From NCBI GenBank assembly GCA_963819655.1, contig CAWFXA010000002.1, positions 1,184,001 through 1,248,000 on the forward strand: a stretch of 64,000 bases of DNA. Reading direction: 5' to 3'. A program made the translations under genes and the position numbers. Within the stretch, counting starts at the first letter, position 1. Each line of letters starts with the position of its first letter. The stretch comes from an uncultured Chloroflexia bacterium. GTDB lineage: Bacteria; Chloroflexota; Limnocylindria; Limnocylindrales; CSP1-4. Shown in pieces: positions 9,722 to 20,582 of the stretch. The notes under the pieces were generated by a model that was not told the DNA's origin, ran no database searches, and saw only the letters and a list, made by a program, of their open reading frames with translations.

Positions 9722-11182
9722 ATGACACTCAGCCAAGCAGCTGAAGTGGCCCCCGGGCCCGCCGCACCCCAGAAACGGAGCCGCGGGGGCGGGGGACTGT
9801 GGTCGCCCGGTCGCCGTGGCCTCACCGTCGGGCTGGTCCTGACGATCACGCTGGTCGCCTTCGAGGCCCTCGCGGTCTCGACGATCATGCCGATCGTCGC
9901 GGACGAGCTGCACGGCCTCGAGCTGTACGGCTGGGTCTTCATCGCCTTCATGCTCGGCTCGCTGATCGGGATCGTCCTCGTCGGCGGGCTCATCGACCGG
10001 CGCGGTCTCGGCGGACCGTTCGCCGCCGGCATCGGGCTGTTCGCGATCGGCCTGATCATCGGAGGCCTCGCGCCGACGATGGAGATCCTGGTCGCCGCCC
10101 GATTCCTTCAGGGTCTCGGCGCGGGCACGGTCCCTCCGATCGCGTACGTCGCGATCGGCCGAAGCCTGCCCGAGCACCTGCGCCCGCAGATGTTCGCCAC
10201 CCTCTCGACCGCGTGGGTCCTGCCGGGGGTGCTCGGACCGGCCATCGCCGGCATCGTCGGCGAGGCGGTGGGCTGGAGATGGGTCTTCCTTGGCCTGCTC
10301 CCGCTCATCGTGGTGTCGTCGGCGATCGCGTTCTCCGCGGTCCGGCGGATCGGCCCGGACCCGTCCGATGCGAAGAACGCTGCGACCCTGCGCGAACGCG
10401 CCCCCCTCGCGATCGTCGTCGCGCTCGGCACCGGGCTGCTGCTCGCTGGCCTCACCAGCGGCGTCCCGATCCTGCTGGGGGTGTTCGGGCTCCTGGGCAC
10501 TGCCCTGGCCGTCTTCGCCCTGCGCCGCCTGACGCCGACAGGGACGCTGCGCGCCGCGCGTGGCCTCCCGACGGCCGTGTTGATGCGCGGCATCATCACG
10601 TTCGCGTTCTTCGCGGTCGAAGCGTATGTCGCCCTGGCCCTCGTCGACTGGCGCGGTCTGCGCCCGGCAGAGGCCGGCATCGCGCTCACCGCGGCCACGA
10701 TCAGCTGGACCGCTGGCTCGTGGACCCAGGCGCGCCTGTCCTCGCGCTACTCATCTGCGAGGTTCGTTCGCGTCGGGCTCGTCGTCCTGGTCGCGGGTCT
10801 GGCGAGCTTCATGATCGTTCTCGTGCCCGAGGTCACGCCGTGGCTGGCCATCCCGACCTTGGCCCTGTCCGGTTACGCGATGGGCCTCGCCTACTCGCCG
10901 CTCGCGCTCATCGTCCTGCGCGAAGCGCCCACGGCCGAGCAGGGCAGGGCATCCGCAGCGATCTCCCTGACGGACTCCCTCGGGACGGCGCTCGGGACCG
11001 GCGTCACCGGGGCGCTGGTCGCCGCGTCCGTGCGCGGCGGCAGTGGTCCGGCGATCGGGCTGGCGGTCGGGTTCGCCGTGGCCGTGGGAGTCGCGCTGGT
11101 CGGGGTCGCGATCGGTGGACGTCTGCACGAACGGGCCGTGCGTGAGCCGCTCACAGGCGCGCTCGTGGCGCCTGGATCGTGA
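9722..11182 (+). CDS. MFS transporter (DHA2-like, about 14 TM)
   Basis: Many hydrophobic helices; GGLIDRRG motif A, ARFLQGLGAG, GWRWVFL. Confidence 0.85.
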   Translation: MTLSQAAEVAPGPAAPQKRSRGGGGLWSPGRRGLTVGLVLTITLVAFEALAVSTIMPIVADELHGLELYGWVFIAFMLGSLIGIVLVGGLIDRRGLGGPFAAGIGLFAIGLIIGGLAPTMEILVAARFLQGLGAGTVPPIAYVAIGRSLPEHLRPQMFATLSTAWVLPGVLGPAIAGIVGEAVGWRWVFLGLLPLIVVSSAIAFSAVRRIGPDPSDAKNAATLRERAPLAIVVALGTGLLLAGLTSGVPILLGVFGLLGTALAVFALRRLTPTGTLRAARGLPTAVLMRGIITFAFFAVEAYVALALVDWRGLRPAEAGIALTAATISWTAGSWTQARLSSRYSSARFVRVGLVVLVAGLASFMIVLVPEVTPWLAIPTLALSGYAMGLAYSPLALIVLREAPTAEQGRASAAISLTDSLGTALGTGVTGALVAASVRGGSGPAIGLAVGFAVAVGVALVGVAIGGRLHERAVREPLTGALVAPGS

Positions 11183-11290
11183 TGCGCGGAAGCCCTGCGC
11201 GCCTGCGGTAGACTTTCCGCCGGCCCTACGACGCATCCTGACGTCCGGCCGCCAGCCTGCGTGACCCACCCGAGGGAGGACCCGATCCCG

Positions 11291-11812
11291 ATGTCCGCCG
11301 AGGCGCTTCGCGAACGGATCCGCGAGATCCCCGACTTCCCGAAACCTGGGATCCTGTTCTACGACATCACGACCCTGCTCAAGGACCCGGCCTCCTACAA
11401 GGAGTCCATCGACCTGATGCTCGAACCGTACAAGGACGAGCAGGTCGACGTCGTCGTGGGGATGGAGTCGCGCGGGTTCATCTTCAGTGCCCCGATGGCC
11501 TACCTGCTCGACGCCGGGCTCGTCCCCGTCCGCAAGCTCGGCAAGCTGCCCGCCGAGACGATCACCGTCGAATACGCGCTCGAGTACGGCTCGAACACCC
11601 TCGAGATCCACCGCGACGCGGTCCAGCCCGGCCAGAAGGTGCTGATCGTCGACGACCTGCTCGCCACGGGCGGCACGGTAAAGGGCACGATCGAGCTCAT
11701 CGAGCGGCTCAAGGGCGAGGTCATCGGCCTCGCCTTCCTCGTCGAGCTCGAATTCCTCAAGGGCCGTGAGCGCCTCGATGGACGCCGGGTCACCAGCGTC
11801 ATCAAGTACTGA
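11291..11812 (+). CDS. apt: Adenine phosphoribosyltransferase
   Basis: IPDFPKPGILFYDITTLL, ESRGF, RKLGKLP, YALEYG, VLIVDDLLATGGT. Confidence 0.96.
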   Translation: MSAEALRERIREIPDFPKPGILFYDITTLLKDPASYKESIDLMLEPYKDEQVDVVVGMESRGFIFSAPMAYLLDAGLVPVRKLGKLPAETITVEYALEYGSNTLEIHRDAVQPGQKVLIVDDLLATGGTVKGTIELIERLKGEVIGLAFLVELEFLKGRERLDGRRVTSVIKY

Positions 11813-11839
11813 GCGGGCGTCCTCGACCCCGTCGCGCGA

Positions 11840-13253
11840 TTGACTGACACACCCGGCACCCCGCCAGACACCCCCGACGCGCCGGCGACGGACGCCGTGC
11901 CGGCAACGGACGCCATGCCGGCGATTGACGCCGTGCCGGAGACAGCTCCCGAGGGCGCCGACCTCGCCCGCCGCCGGTTCTTCCGCCAGTTCGCGGGCGA
12001 CATGTTCCAGGGAGCGGCCACGGTGGTCGGCGCCGCGCAGGCCCTGCAGCGGGTCTCGGCCGAGGCGGCCAGCGCGATCCTCGACCCCGGGTCGTACACG
12101 GCCCTCGATACCCCGGCGGTCCCAGCTCGGCCGACCGGTTTCCGCGCGGCCTTCCGTCAGAGCCCGGGCGTCCTCCACATCGTCGACCAGCGCAAGTTGC
12201 CCGACGCACTCGAGGAGTTCGACGCGAAGAACGCCGCCCAGGTCGGCTACGCCATCCGCGAGATGATCATCCGTGGTGCTCCCGCGATCGGCCAGGCTGC
12301 GGCGATCGGCCTCGCCCTGTCAGCCGAGGCCAACCGGTCGACCCGTCCGTATGCGCGCCGCGCGACGTTGCGTGCCGCAGCCAACGTTCTGCGCAACTCC
12401 CGGCCGACCGCGGTCAACCTGGCCTGGGCCGTCGATCGTGTGATGGCCGCCTACGACGCGCTCGGCGACCTGTCCGAGGACGGCGACGCGATCGCGACCG
12501 CGATGCGTGCCGAGGCGGATGCCATCGTCTTCGAGGGGACCGAGGATCATGGCCGGCTCGCCCGCTACGGCGTCGAGGAACTCGTCTTCCCCGATGAGCG
12601 AGCGCTACGCATCCTCACCCATTGCAACACGGGACCGCTCGCGTGTGGCCAGTTCGGGACGGCGCTGGGTGTCGTGCAGGTCGCCCATCACGACGGCCGC
12701 TCGATCCACGTCTGGGTCGACGAGACACGGCCCTATCTCCAGGGTGCCCGGCTGACCACGTGGGAGCTGGCGCAGGCCGGCGTTCCGCACAGCCTGATCC
12801 CCGACGTCGCCGCCGGGCATCTCATGGCACAGGGCGAAGTGGATACGGTCATCGTCGGGGCCGACCGCATCGCGGCGAACGGCGACGTGGCCAACAAGGT
12901 CGGGACGTACCCGCTGGCCGTGCTCGCGGCGCGCCATGGCGTCCCGTTCTATGTCGCCGCCCCGATCAGCTCGATCGACCTCCAGACCGTGACTGGCGCC
13001 GATATCCCGATCGAGGAACGGGCGCCGAACGAGGTCCTGCTCGTTCCGGGGCGTGCGTGTCGCCCCGCCCGACACGGACGTCCGCAACCCGGCGTTCGAC
13101 GTGACACCGGCCGAGCTGGTCACTGGCATCATCACCGACGAGGGGGTCCTGCGCGCGCCGTACGGGCAGTCGCTCCCCGAGGCTGCCGCACGTCGAGAGC
13201 AGAGACGGGCCGACACGCCCGGCTTCGCGGCGATCGCCGCGCCGGCCGGCTGA
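11840..13253 (+). CDS. mtnA: Methylthioribose-1-phosphate isomerase with N-terminal extension; 1-nt frameshift near 13040 (probable sequencing error)
   Basis: [65 protein letters not shown]; C-terminal [20 protein letters not shown] lies in the shifted frame (13053-13253). Confidence 0.9.
11882..11935 (+). repeat. 3 x 18-bp tandem repeat encoding PATDAV-like units in the MtnA N-terminus
   Basis: ccggcgacggacgccgtg / ccggcaacggacgccatg / ccggcgattgacgccgtg. Confidence 0.8.
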
Positions 13254-14119
13254 TGGCGACCGTCGTCGTCGGCCGGCGATCCGCGGCCGTCGCCCGCCAG
13301 ACCACCGACCGCGATGCGCTGCGGGCGTTCCTGCGCCAGGACCGGCTGTACGCGGCGTACGCGCTGTGCGACCTCGAGGAACAGGAGTTCGCGCGGACCC
13401 GCTGGGGCGCCGCATACGAGGGCAACGACATCGTGGCGGTCGGGCTCGAGTACACCGGTCCGACGCCGCAGCCACTGTTCGTCATGGGCTCCACCGATGG
13501 CATCGGAGCGGTCCTGCGCGACGTTATCAAACCACGGGCGGCGTACATCGCTGCGCGGGTCGACATGCTGCCGGCCATCGAAAGCCAGTACAGGATCGAT
13601 CCGGGCCCGGAGATGGTGCGGATGTGGGTCGATCGCACGCACTTTCGGCCGTATCCCGCCACCGTCCAGCGCCTGCTCCCGGTGGACATCGGCGAGCTGA
13701 ACCGGCTGTACCAGCTCGGGTTCGCCTCGTGGCTCCCATCGACCGCCATCGCCGATGGTGTCTACTACGGGATGCGCGTCAACGGTCGGCTCATCGCTGC
13801 CGCCGGGACGCATGTCGTCAGTCCGACGTCGCGGCTCGCCGTCGTCGGGAACGTGCTGACCCACACGGACTACCGCGGACGCGGGTTCGCGACGGCCGTC
13901 ACAGGCGCGGTCACCGCCGATCTGCTGCGCTTCTGCGACCAGGTGGTCCTCAACGTCCGCGCCGACAACCCACCGGCTATCAACGCCTATCGCCACCTCG
14001 GCTACAGCGAACATGCGCGCTTCGAGGAGCGACTGATCCACCGCCTCAGCCCGCCCTGGGCAGATATCACGGCGCCGTTGCGCCGTCTCTTCGTCCGCAA
14101 GGAGACCGACCGCCGATGA
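13253..14119 (+). CDS. GNAT family N-acetyltransferase
   Basis: ATG overlaps mtnA TGA; acetyl-CoA motif [13 protein letters not shown] and [13 protein letters not shown]. Confidence 0.85.
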   Translation: MATVVVGRRSAAVARQTTDRDALRAFLRQDRLYAAYALCDLEEQEFARTRWGAAYEGNDIVAVGLEYTGPTPQPLFVMGSTDGIGAVLRDVIKPRAAYIAARVDMLPAIESQYRIDPGPEMVRMWVDRTHFRPYPATVQRLLPVDIGELNRLYQLGFASWLPSTAIADGVYYGMRVNGRLIAAAGTHVVSPTSRLAVVGNVLTHTDYRGRGFATAVTGAVTADLLRFCDQVVLNVRADNPPAINAYRHLGYSEHARFEERLIHRLSPPWADITAPLRRLFVRKETDRR

Positions 14120-15393
14120 CCGCCCCGACCATCCTGCCGGCTCACGACGTGACCGACCTCGGCCTGGGGGCCGAGGGTGTCCGCCGCATCGAATGGGCCG
14201 AGCGCGAGATGCCCGTGCTGCGCCTGATCCGCGAACGGTTCGAGCGCGACCGGCCGCTCGAGGGCATCCGCATCGGAGCGTGCCTCCACGTCACGACCGA
14301 GACGGCCAACCTCATGCGGACGCTCAAGGCCGGCGGCGCGGAGGTGGTGCTCGCGGCCTCGAACCCGCTGTCCACGAAGGACGACGTCGCGGCCGCCCTG
14401 GTCGGCGAATACGGCATCGCCACGTTCGCCCGGCGCGGCGAGGACCGCGAGACGTATTACGCGCATCTCGAGGCGGTCGCCGACACGCATCCCCAGATCA
14501 CCATGGACGACGGCTGCGACCTCGTCTCGCTGCTGCACAGCACCCGCCCCGAACAAGTGACGGAGGTCCTCGCGGGGACGGAGGAGACGACGACCGGCGT
14601 CATCCGCCTCAAGGCGATGGCCGCCGATGGCGCGCTGCGTTTCCCGGTCGTGGCGGTCAACGAGGCCCAGACCAAGCACCTGTTCGACAACCGCTACGGG
14701 ACCGGGCAGTCCACGGTCGACGGCATCATCCGGGCGACCAACATGCTCATCGCCGGCCGCCGGGTGGTGATCGCCGGCTACGGCTGGGTGGGCAAGGGGA
14801 TCGCCGCACGGATGGCTGGGCACGGTGCCCATGTCGCGGTCGTCGAGGTCGACCCGGTCCGCGCACTCGAGGCACTGATGGACGGGTTCGCGGTGATGAC
14901 CCACAGCGACGCCGCCCGTTGGGGCGACCTGTTCGTGACCGCGACCGGCAACCTCAACGTGTTCCGCCGCGAGCACTTCGAGGTGATGCGGGACGGGGCA
15001 GTGATGGCGAACTCCGGTCATTTCGATGCCGAGCTGGATCTCGCGGCGTTGCGTGCACTGGCCGAGGGCCACGTCCGCGAGGTCCGTGACAACGTCCAGG
15101 AATTCGACCTGGGTGGCAAGAAGCTGCACCTGATCGCCGAGGGCCGCCTCGTGAACCTCGGCGCGGCCGAGGGCCACCCGGCGGCCGTGATGGACATGAG
15201 CTTCGCGAACCAGGCGCTGTGCGCGGAGTACGTCGTCAAGCATCACACCGAGCTCGAGCCGATGGTGTATGTGGTGCCCGAGGCGATCGACGCGGAGGTC
15301 GCCCGGCTCAAGCTTGCGGCGCTCGGCATCGAGCTCGAGCCGATGACGCCCGAGCAGGCCGATTACGTCTCGTCCTGGCAACACGGCACCTGA
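14116..15393 (+). CDS. ahcY: Adenosylhomocysteinase
   Basis: [75 protein letters not shown]. Confidence 0.96.
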   Translation: MTAPTILPAHDVTDLGLGAEGVRRIEWAEREMPVLRLIRERFERDRPLEGIRIGACLHVTTETANLMRTLKAGGAEVVLAASNPLSTKDDVAAALVGEYGIATFARRGEDRETYYAHLEAVADTHPQITMDDGCDLVSLLHSTRPEQVTEVLAGTEETTTGVIRLKAMAADGALRFPVVAVNEAQTKHLFDNRYGTGQSTVDGIIRATNMLIAGRRVVIAGYGWVGKGIAARMAGHGAHVAVVEVDPVRALEALMDGFAVMTHSDAARWGDLFVTATGNLNVFRREHFEVMRDGAVMANSGHFDAELDLAALRALAEGHVREVRDNVQEFDLGGKKLHLIAEGRLVNLGAAEGHPAAVMDMSFANQALCAEYVVKHHTELEPMVYVVPEAIDAEVARLKLAALGIELEPMTPEQADYVSSWQHGT

Positions 15394-15433
15394 GCGACAG
15401 CTCCACCCGTCCGAACGGGGTAGGGTTCGAGCC

Positions 15434-17434
15434 ATGGACGGCGAGCCCGCGACCGAACCGCTCGACGCTGGCCCGATCGCCCTGCCCTACGGCAGCTGGC
15501 CATCCCCGATCCAGCTCGATGATCTGGTCGGCGGCGTGGTCCGCCTGGGCGAGCCGTGGGTCGACGGCGACGATGTCTACTGGATCGAAGGCCGCCCGGC
15601 CGAGGCCGGCCGCAATGTGCTCGTCCACCGCGCGTCCGACGGCACGACCGCCGACATCACGCCGCCGCCGTTCGACGTGCGCTCGCGCGTCCATGAATAC
15701 GGTGGCGGAGCGTATGTCGTCGCAGGCGGGACGGTCCTGTTCTCGCACGTTCAGGACGGCCGCCTCTACCGGCTCGACCCGGGTGGCGATGCGCCCCAGC
15801 CCATCACGCCGGATGGCCCGTTCCGCTACGCCGATCTTCGGTTCGACGCCGGCCGCCGGCGCTTCATCGCCATCCGAGAGGACCATTCAGGCGAGGGTGA
15901 GCCGAAGGCCGCGATCGTCGACGTGCCACTCGACGGGGAGCGTCCGCCGCGGGTCCTCCACGACGGCCCCGATTTCCTGGCGGCGCCGCGCCTGTCCCCG
16001 GACGGGACGCGGCTGGCCTGGCTTGAGTGGGACCACCCGGACATGCCCTGGGACGCCTCGCGGCTCCGTGTCGCGCCGGTCGGGGACGATGGATCGCTCG
16101 GCCCGAGTGACCTCGCTGCAGGCGGCATCGACGAGTCGATCGCGCAGCCCGAATGGTCGCCCGACGGCGTCCTCCATTTCGTGAGCGATCGCACGGGCTG
16201 GTGGAACCTGTACCGGCTGTCCGACGGCCCGCGCCTCGAGGCGCTCGCCCCGGTCGAGGCCGAGTTCGCCGACCCGGCCTGGATCTTCGACCGCTCGTCC
16301 TACGTATTCCTGCCCGACGGGTCGATCGCTGCTGCCGGCCGGGCGCGGGGGCGCGACCGGCTCTTCCATATCTCGCCGGACGACCTCATCGGCGAGGTCG
16401 ATTCGCCGTACACCGAGATCGGGACGATGCGCGTCGGGGCAGCCGGCGTCATCGCCAATGTCGGCACGCCCACGGAGCCGCCGATGATCGTGGCGCTCGA
16501 CTCCTCGACACTCGCGACCTCGGGGGTCCTCCGCCACTCCACGTCGATCGCGATCGACCCGGCCTTTATCTCCATCCCGGAGCCGATCACATTCCCGACC
16601 GCCGGGGGTCGAGTCGCGCACGGGCTTTTCTACCGGCCGGTCAACGCCGACACGGTGGCACCCGACGGGGAGCTGCCGCCGCTCGTCGTCCGGTCGCACG
16701 GCGGCCCGACGTCGAATGCCGCCAACGCGCTCGAGCTGAACTACCAGTACCTCACCTCGCGCGGTATCGCCGTGGTCGATGTCGATTACGGCGGGAGCAC
16801 CGGGTACGGCCGTGAGTACCGGCATGCCCTCGACGGTGGCTGGGGCAGTGTCGACGTCGATGACTGCATCGGCGCCGCTCGCTACCTGGTCGACCGTGGC
16901 GACGTGGACGGCGATCGGCTGGCCATCGAAGGTGGCAGCGCCGGCGGGTACACGACGCTCGCCGCGCTGGCGTTCCGCGACGTGTTCGCCGCAGGCATCA
17001 GCCTGTTCGGCATGGGCGACCTCGAGCTGCTGGCGCGTCATACCCACAAGTTCGAATCGCGCTACATGGAGCGGTTGGTCGGTCCGTATCCGGCGATGGC
17101 CGATCGATACCGCGAGCGCTCGCCGATCCACCACCTTGACGCGATCTCCTGCCCTGTCCTGATCCTGCAGGGCCTCGACGACAAGGTCGTCCCGCCCGCG
17201 CAAGCGGAGGCACTCGCCGCGGCCCTGGCCGCACGGGGCATCCCGTACGCGTACCTGGCGTTCGAAGGGGAGGGGCACGGCTTCCGCGGCGAGGTCGCTC
17301 AGCGGCGGACCCTGGAGGCGCGCCTGGCGTTCCTCGGCGCCGTGTTCGGGTTCACGCCCGCCGACCGACTCGCACCGCTCGAACTCCTCGGGATCGAGAC
17401 CTGGCGAGAGCGCCGCAGGGTCGCCGTCGGCTGA
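15434..17434 (+). CDS. S9 family peptidase (acylaminoacyl/dipeptidyl peptidase-like)
   Basis: PYGSWPSPI, VHEYGGG, HGGPT, GGSAGG nucleophile, QGLDDKVVPP, GEGHGF. Confidence 0.92.
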   Translation: MDGEPATEPLDAGPIALPYGSWPSPIQLDDLVGGVVRLGEPWVDGDDVYWIEGRPAEAGRNVLVHRASDGTTADITPPPFDVRSRVHEYGGGAYVVAGGTVLFSHVQDGRLYRLDPGGDAPQPITPDGPFRYADLRFDAGRRRFIAIREDHSGEGEPKAAIVDVPLDGERPPRVLHDGPDFLAAPRLSPDGTRLAWLEWDHPDMPWDASRLRVAPVGDDGSLGPSDLAAGGIDESIAQPEWSPDGVLHFVSDRTGWWNLYRLSDGPRLEALAPVEAEFADPAWIFDRSSYVFLPDGSIAAAGRARGRDRLFHISPDDLIGEVDSPYTEIGTMRVGAAGVIANVGTPTEPPMIVALDSSTLATSGVLRHSTSIAIDPAFISIPEPITFPTAGGRVAHGLFYRPVNADTVAPDGELPPLVVRSHGGPTSNAANALELNYQYLTSRGIAVVDVDYGGSTGYGREYRHALDGGWGSVDVDDCIGAARYLVDRGDVDGDRLAIEGGSAGGYTTLAALAFRDVFAAGISLFGMGDLELLARHTHKFESRYMERLVGPYPAMADRYRERSPIHHLDAISCPVLILQGLDDKVVPPAQAEALAAALAARGIPYAYLAFEGEGHGFRGEVAQRRTLEARLAFLGAVFGFTPADRLAPLELLGIETWRERRRVAVG

Positions 17435-17473
17435 GCCCGGTCGGCCCCGGGCGAGGTGCTACCCTTCGCCGCG

Positions 17474-18700
17474 ATGAGCATCGTCGACGCCGCGCAGTAC
17501 CTGTTCACCTCCGAGTCCGTCACGGAGGGCCACCCCGACAAGATGTGCGACCAGGTCTCCGACGCGATCCTGGACGCGATCATCCGCGACGACCCCGACG
17601 CCCGCGTCGCGTGCGAAACCGCCACGACGACGGGCCTCGTCCTGGTCCTGGGCGAGATCACCACCCATACCTACATCGACTTCCAGGCCATCGTCCGCGA
17701 CACAGTCCGCGAGATCGGATACACGCGCGCCGACTATGGCTTCGACTACCAGACGTGCGGCACGCTCGTGTCGGTCAAGGGCCAGTCGCCGGACATCGCC
17801 CAAGGCGTCGATTCCGCGCTCGAGGTCCGCGACGACGCGGCCTCGGCATTCGAGCTCGGCGCGGGCGACCAGGGCATGATGTTCGGCTTCGCCTGCCGCG
17901 AGACACCGGAGCTCATGCCGCTGCCCATCGCGCTCGCGCACCGCATGGCACGCCGGCTGTCCGAAGTCAGGCGGTCCGGCCAGCTGCCGTACCTGCGACC
18001 GGACGGCAAGACCCAGGTGACCGTGGAGTACGAGCGTGGCATCCCGGTCCGCGTCAAGACCGTCGTGGTGTCCGCGCAGCACGACCCGGACGCCCGACCC
18101 GAGCGGCTCCGCTCCGACATCGTCGAGTCCGTCATCCTCCCGTCGATCCCGCGCGAGCTGCGCGACACCGATCCGGTGATGCACGTCAATCCGACCGGGC
18201 GTTTCGTGACCGGTGGCCCGATGGGCGACGCGGGGCTGACGGGGCGCAAGATCATCGTCGACACGTATGGCGGCATGGCCCGCCACGGTGGTGGCGCGTT
18301 CTCGGGCAAGGACCCGACGAAGGTCGACCGGTCCGCCGCGTACGCCGCCCGGTGGGTCGCCAAGAACGTGGTCGCGGCGGGCCTCGCCGACCGCTTCGAG
18401 GTCGAGGTCGCCTACGGGATCGGCATCGCCCGGCCGATCAGCTTCACCGTCGACTCGTTCGGGACCGGCCGGATCGACGACGCCGCGATCCAGACGCTCA
18501 TCGAGCGCCATTTCGACCTGCGCCCCGCGTCGATCATCGCCGCGCTGGACCTCCGCCGCCCGATCTACCGCCAGACGGCCGCGTACGGCCACTTCGGCCG
18601 GCCGGACCTGGACCTGCCCTGGGAGCGCACCGACAAGGCCGCGTTGCTCGCGTCCGAGGCGGGGCTGCCTGAGCCCGAGCCGATCTCCATCAGCGCTTAG
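17474..18700 (+). CDS. metK: S-adenosylmethionine synthetase
   Basis: [44 protein letters not shown]. Confidence 0.97.
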   Translation: MSIVDAAQYLFTSESVTEGHPDKMCDQVSDAILDAIIRDDPDARVACETATTTGLVLVLGEITTHTYIDFQAIVRDTVREIGYTRADYGFDYQTCGTLVSVKGQSPDIAQGVDSALEVRDDAASAFELGAGDQGMMFGFACRETPELMPLPIALAHRMARRLSEVRRSGQLPYLRPDGKTQVTVEYERGIPVRVKTVVVSAQHDPDARPERLRSDIVESVILPSIPRELRDTDPVMHVNPTGRFVTGGPMGDAGLTGRKIIVDTYGGMARHGGGAFSGKDPTKVDRSAAYAARWVAKNVVAAGLADRFEVEVAYGIGIARPISFTVDSFGTGRIDDAAIQTLIERHFDLRPASIIAALDLRRPIYRQTAAYGHFGRPDLDLPWERTDKAALLASEAGLPEPEPISISA

Positions 18701-18702
18701 GC

Positions 18703-19662
18703 CTAGGCGCCGCCGGCGTTCTCCGCGACGATGCCCGCGACGCCGCCGACCTGACCGCGACCGCCGGAGCGACGGGCGCTGCGCGACAGGAAGAACTGGC
18801 CGACCAGCAGGATGCCGATCGTGATCAGCAGCATCACGGCGGCGATCGCATTGGTCGACGGCGTGACGCCGACCCGGATCTGGCCGAACACGTACAGCGG
18901 CAGGGTCGACGTGCCCTGCCCGTTCACGAACGTCGAGATCAGGTAGTCGTCGAACGCGAACGTGAACGCGAGCAAGAAGCCGGCGACGATCGCTGGAAGC
19001 AGCTGCGGGAAGGTGATCTGCCAGAAGGTCCGCCACGGCGTGCCATAGAGGTCATAGCTCGCCTCCACGTGGGTGCGATCCATGCCGGACAAGCGGGCGC
19101 GTACGAGCAGCAGCACGAGGCTGATGTTGAAGAGCGAAAGCGCCCCGATCATCGTGTGGAAGCCGAACCCGATCTCCACCCCGGTGGCATTGGTGAGGAT
19201 CCCGTCACGCCCGATCGTGCTCGCGAAGAACACCAGCGTGGCGATCGCGATCACGAGCTCGGGCACGATGACGCTCACGTAGGTCAGCCCATCGAACGGC
19301 AGGCGGAACCACTTGGGCGTCCGCTGCAAGCCGAGCGCCGCCATCGTCCCGACGACCGTCGCGAAAACGGCGGTGCCGAAGCCCACGATCAGGCTGTTGC
19401 CGAGGTAGCGCTGCACGGCCCGGTCGTTCAGGACGAACTCGTACCAGCGCAGGCTGAAGCCGTCCCAGTCCGTCAGCCGTCGCTCGGTGGCGTTGAAGCT
19501 GAACACGACGACGATCACGATCGGGATGTAGAGGAACAGATAGACGAGGGCGGTGTGCCCGCGGAGCCACGCCTCGACCAGGCCGCCGAAGCGATCGGTG
19601 CCGGCTCGCGCCCGTCCGCCGAGGGTCCGTGCGGCGGGGATCGGGACAGAGGGCGCGGTCAC
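18703..19662 (-). CDS. potC: Polyamine ABC transporter permease (PotC-like)
   Basis: FLYIPIVIVVVFSFN, GFSLRWY, EASYDLYGT EAA loop, TLPLYVF. Confidence 0.85.
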   Translation of the reverse strand: MTAPSVPIPAARTLGGRARAGTDRFGGLVEAWLRGHTALVYLFLYIPIVIVVVFSFNATERRLTDWDGFSLRWYEFVLNDRAVQRYLGNSLIVGFGTAVFATVVGTMAALGLQRTPKWFRLPFDGLTYVSVIVPELVIAIATLVFFASTIGRDGILTNATGVEIGFGFHTMIGALSLFNISLVLLLVRARLSGMDRTHVEASYDLYGTPWRTFWQITFPQLLPAIVAGFLLAFTFAFDDYLISTFVNGQGTSTLPLYVFGQIRVGVTPSTNAIAAVMLLITIGILLVGQFFLSRSARRSGGRGQVGGVAGIVAENAGGA

Positions 19663-20564
19663 AGGACGCTCACGTCACGACCGTGCCGACCGCGATTCGT
19701 GAACCACAGATAGAACGTGACGCTGATGAACATCACGAGGATCAGGCCGACCGCCTGGGCCGAGCCCGCGGGCCAATTGCGGGCGTCGAAGAACCGCAGC
19801 ACCAGGGAATTGCCGATGGTGAAGACCCGGCCATACCCGAGGATCTCGGGAATGACGTACTCACCCATCATCGGGATGAAGACCAGGATGCTTCCGGTGA
19901 TGAGGCCCGGCAGCGCGATCGGCAGCGTGATCTGGCGGAAGCTCGCGAGGCGCCCGGCGCCAAGGTCTTTCGAGGCCTCGATGAGGCTTCGGTCGATCCG
20001 CTCGAGCGTGACATAAAGCGGAAACACCATGAGCGGCAGGTAGCCATAGACGAGCCCGATGAGCACGGCTGCCTCAGTGCCCAGGATGCGGAATGTTCGA
20101 TTGCCGGTGGTATCTGCGATGAACCCCGCGATCCCCTCCGGCCCGAGGATCACGATCCAGGCATAGGTGCGGATCAGGAAGCTCGTCCAGAAGGGGATGA
20201 CGAGCAGGATGATGAACAGCGCCTTGCGGCTCCCGCCGCGGGTCGCGATGTAGTAGGCAAGCGGGAGACCGACCGCGAGGGCGAGGAGCGTGCCGAGGAC
20301 CGCCAGCATCAGGCTGGTGATGAACGGATCCGGGCTCCGGATGATGCTCGTGTAGTTCTGGAGGGTGAAGCCGCCGGCATACCCGCCGGTGGGGCTGCGG
20401 TCTCCGAAGCTGAACAGGATGACGATCGCGATCGGCAGGATGAGCAGGATCAGGTACCACAGCGAGGCCGGCAGCATGAGGACGGCCGTCAAGAGACGAC
20501 CGCCCTCGCGAACGGGCGCTCGCTTGCGGGCTTGCAGCGGTGCGGTCGGCGCTGCGGTGGTCAT
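19659..20564 (-). CDS. potB: Polyamine ABC transporter permease (PotB-like)
   Basis: PFWTSFLIRTYAW, EASKDLGA, NWPAGSA. Confidence 0.85.
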   Translation of the reverse strand: MTTAAPTAPLQARKRAPVREGGRLLTAVLMLPASLWYLILLILPIAIVILFSFGDRSPTGGYAGGFTLQNYTSIIRSPDPFITSLMLAVLGTLLALAVGLPLAYYIATRGGSRKALFIILLVIPFWTSFLIRTYAWIVILGPEGIAGFIADTTGNRTFRILGTEAAVLIGLVYGYLPLMVFPLYVTLERIDRSLIEASKDLGAGRLASFRQITLPIALPGLITGSILVFIPMMGEYVIPEILGYGRVFTIGNSLVLRFFDARNWPAGSAQAVGLILVMFISVTFYLWFTNRGRHGRDVSVL

Positions 20565-20582
20565 GGCGTCAGGAGCTCCGGG

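Noticed and set aside
11840-14119. Apparent 759-aa MtnA-GNAT fusion in the ORF track
   Set aside because: Artefact of one extra base near 13040. The real MtnA C-terminus (NPAFDVTP) is in another frame and ends at a TGA overlapping the GNAT ATG.
17435-17473. SAM riboswitch before metK, SAH riboswitch before ahcY, T-box before trpS
   Set aside because: The intergenic spaces are too short or overlapping, and no consensus elements are visible.
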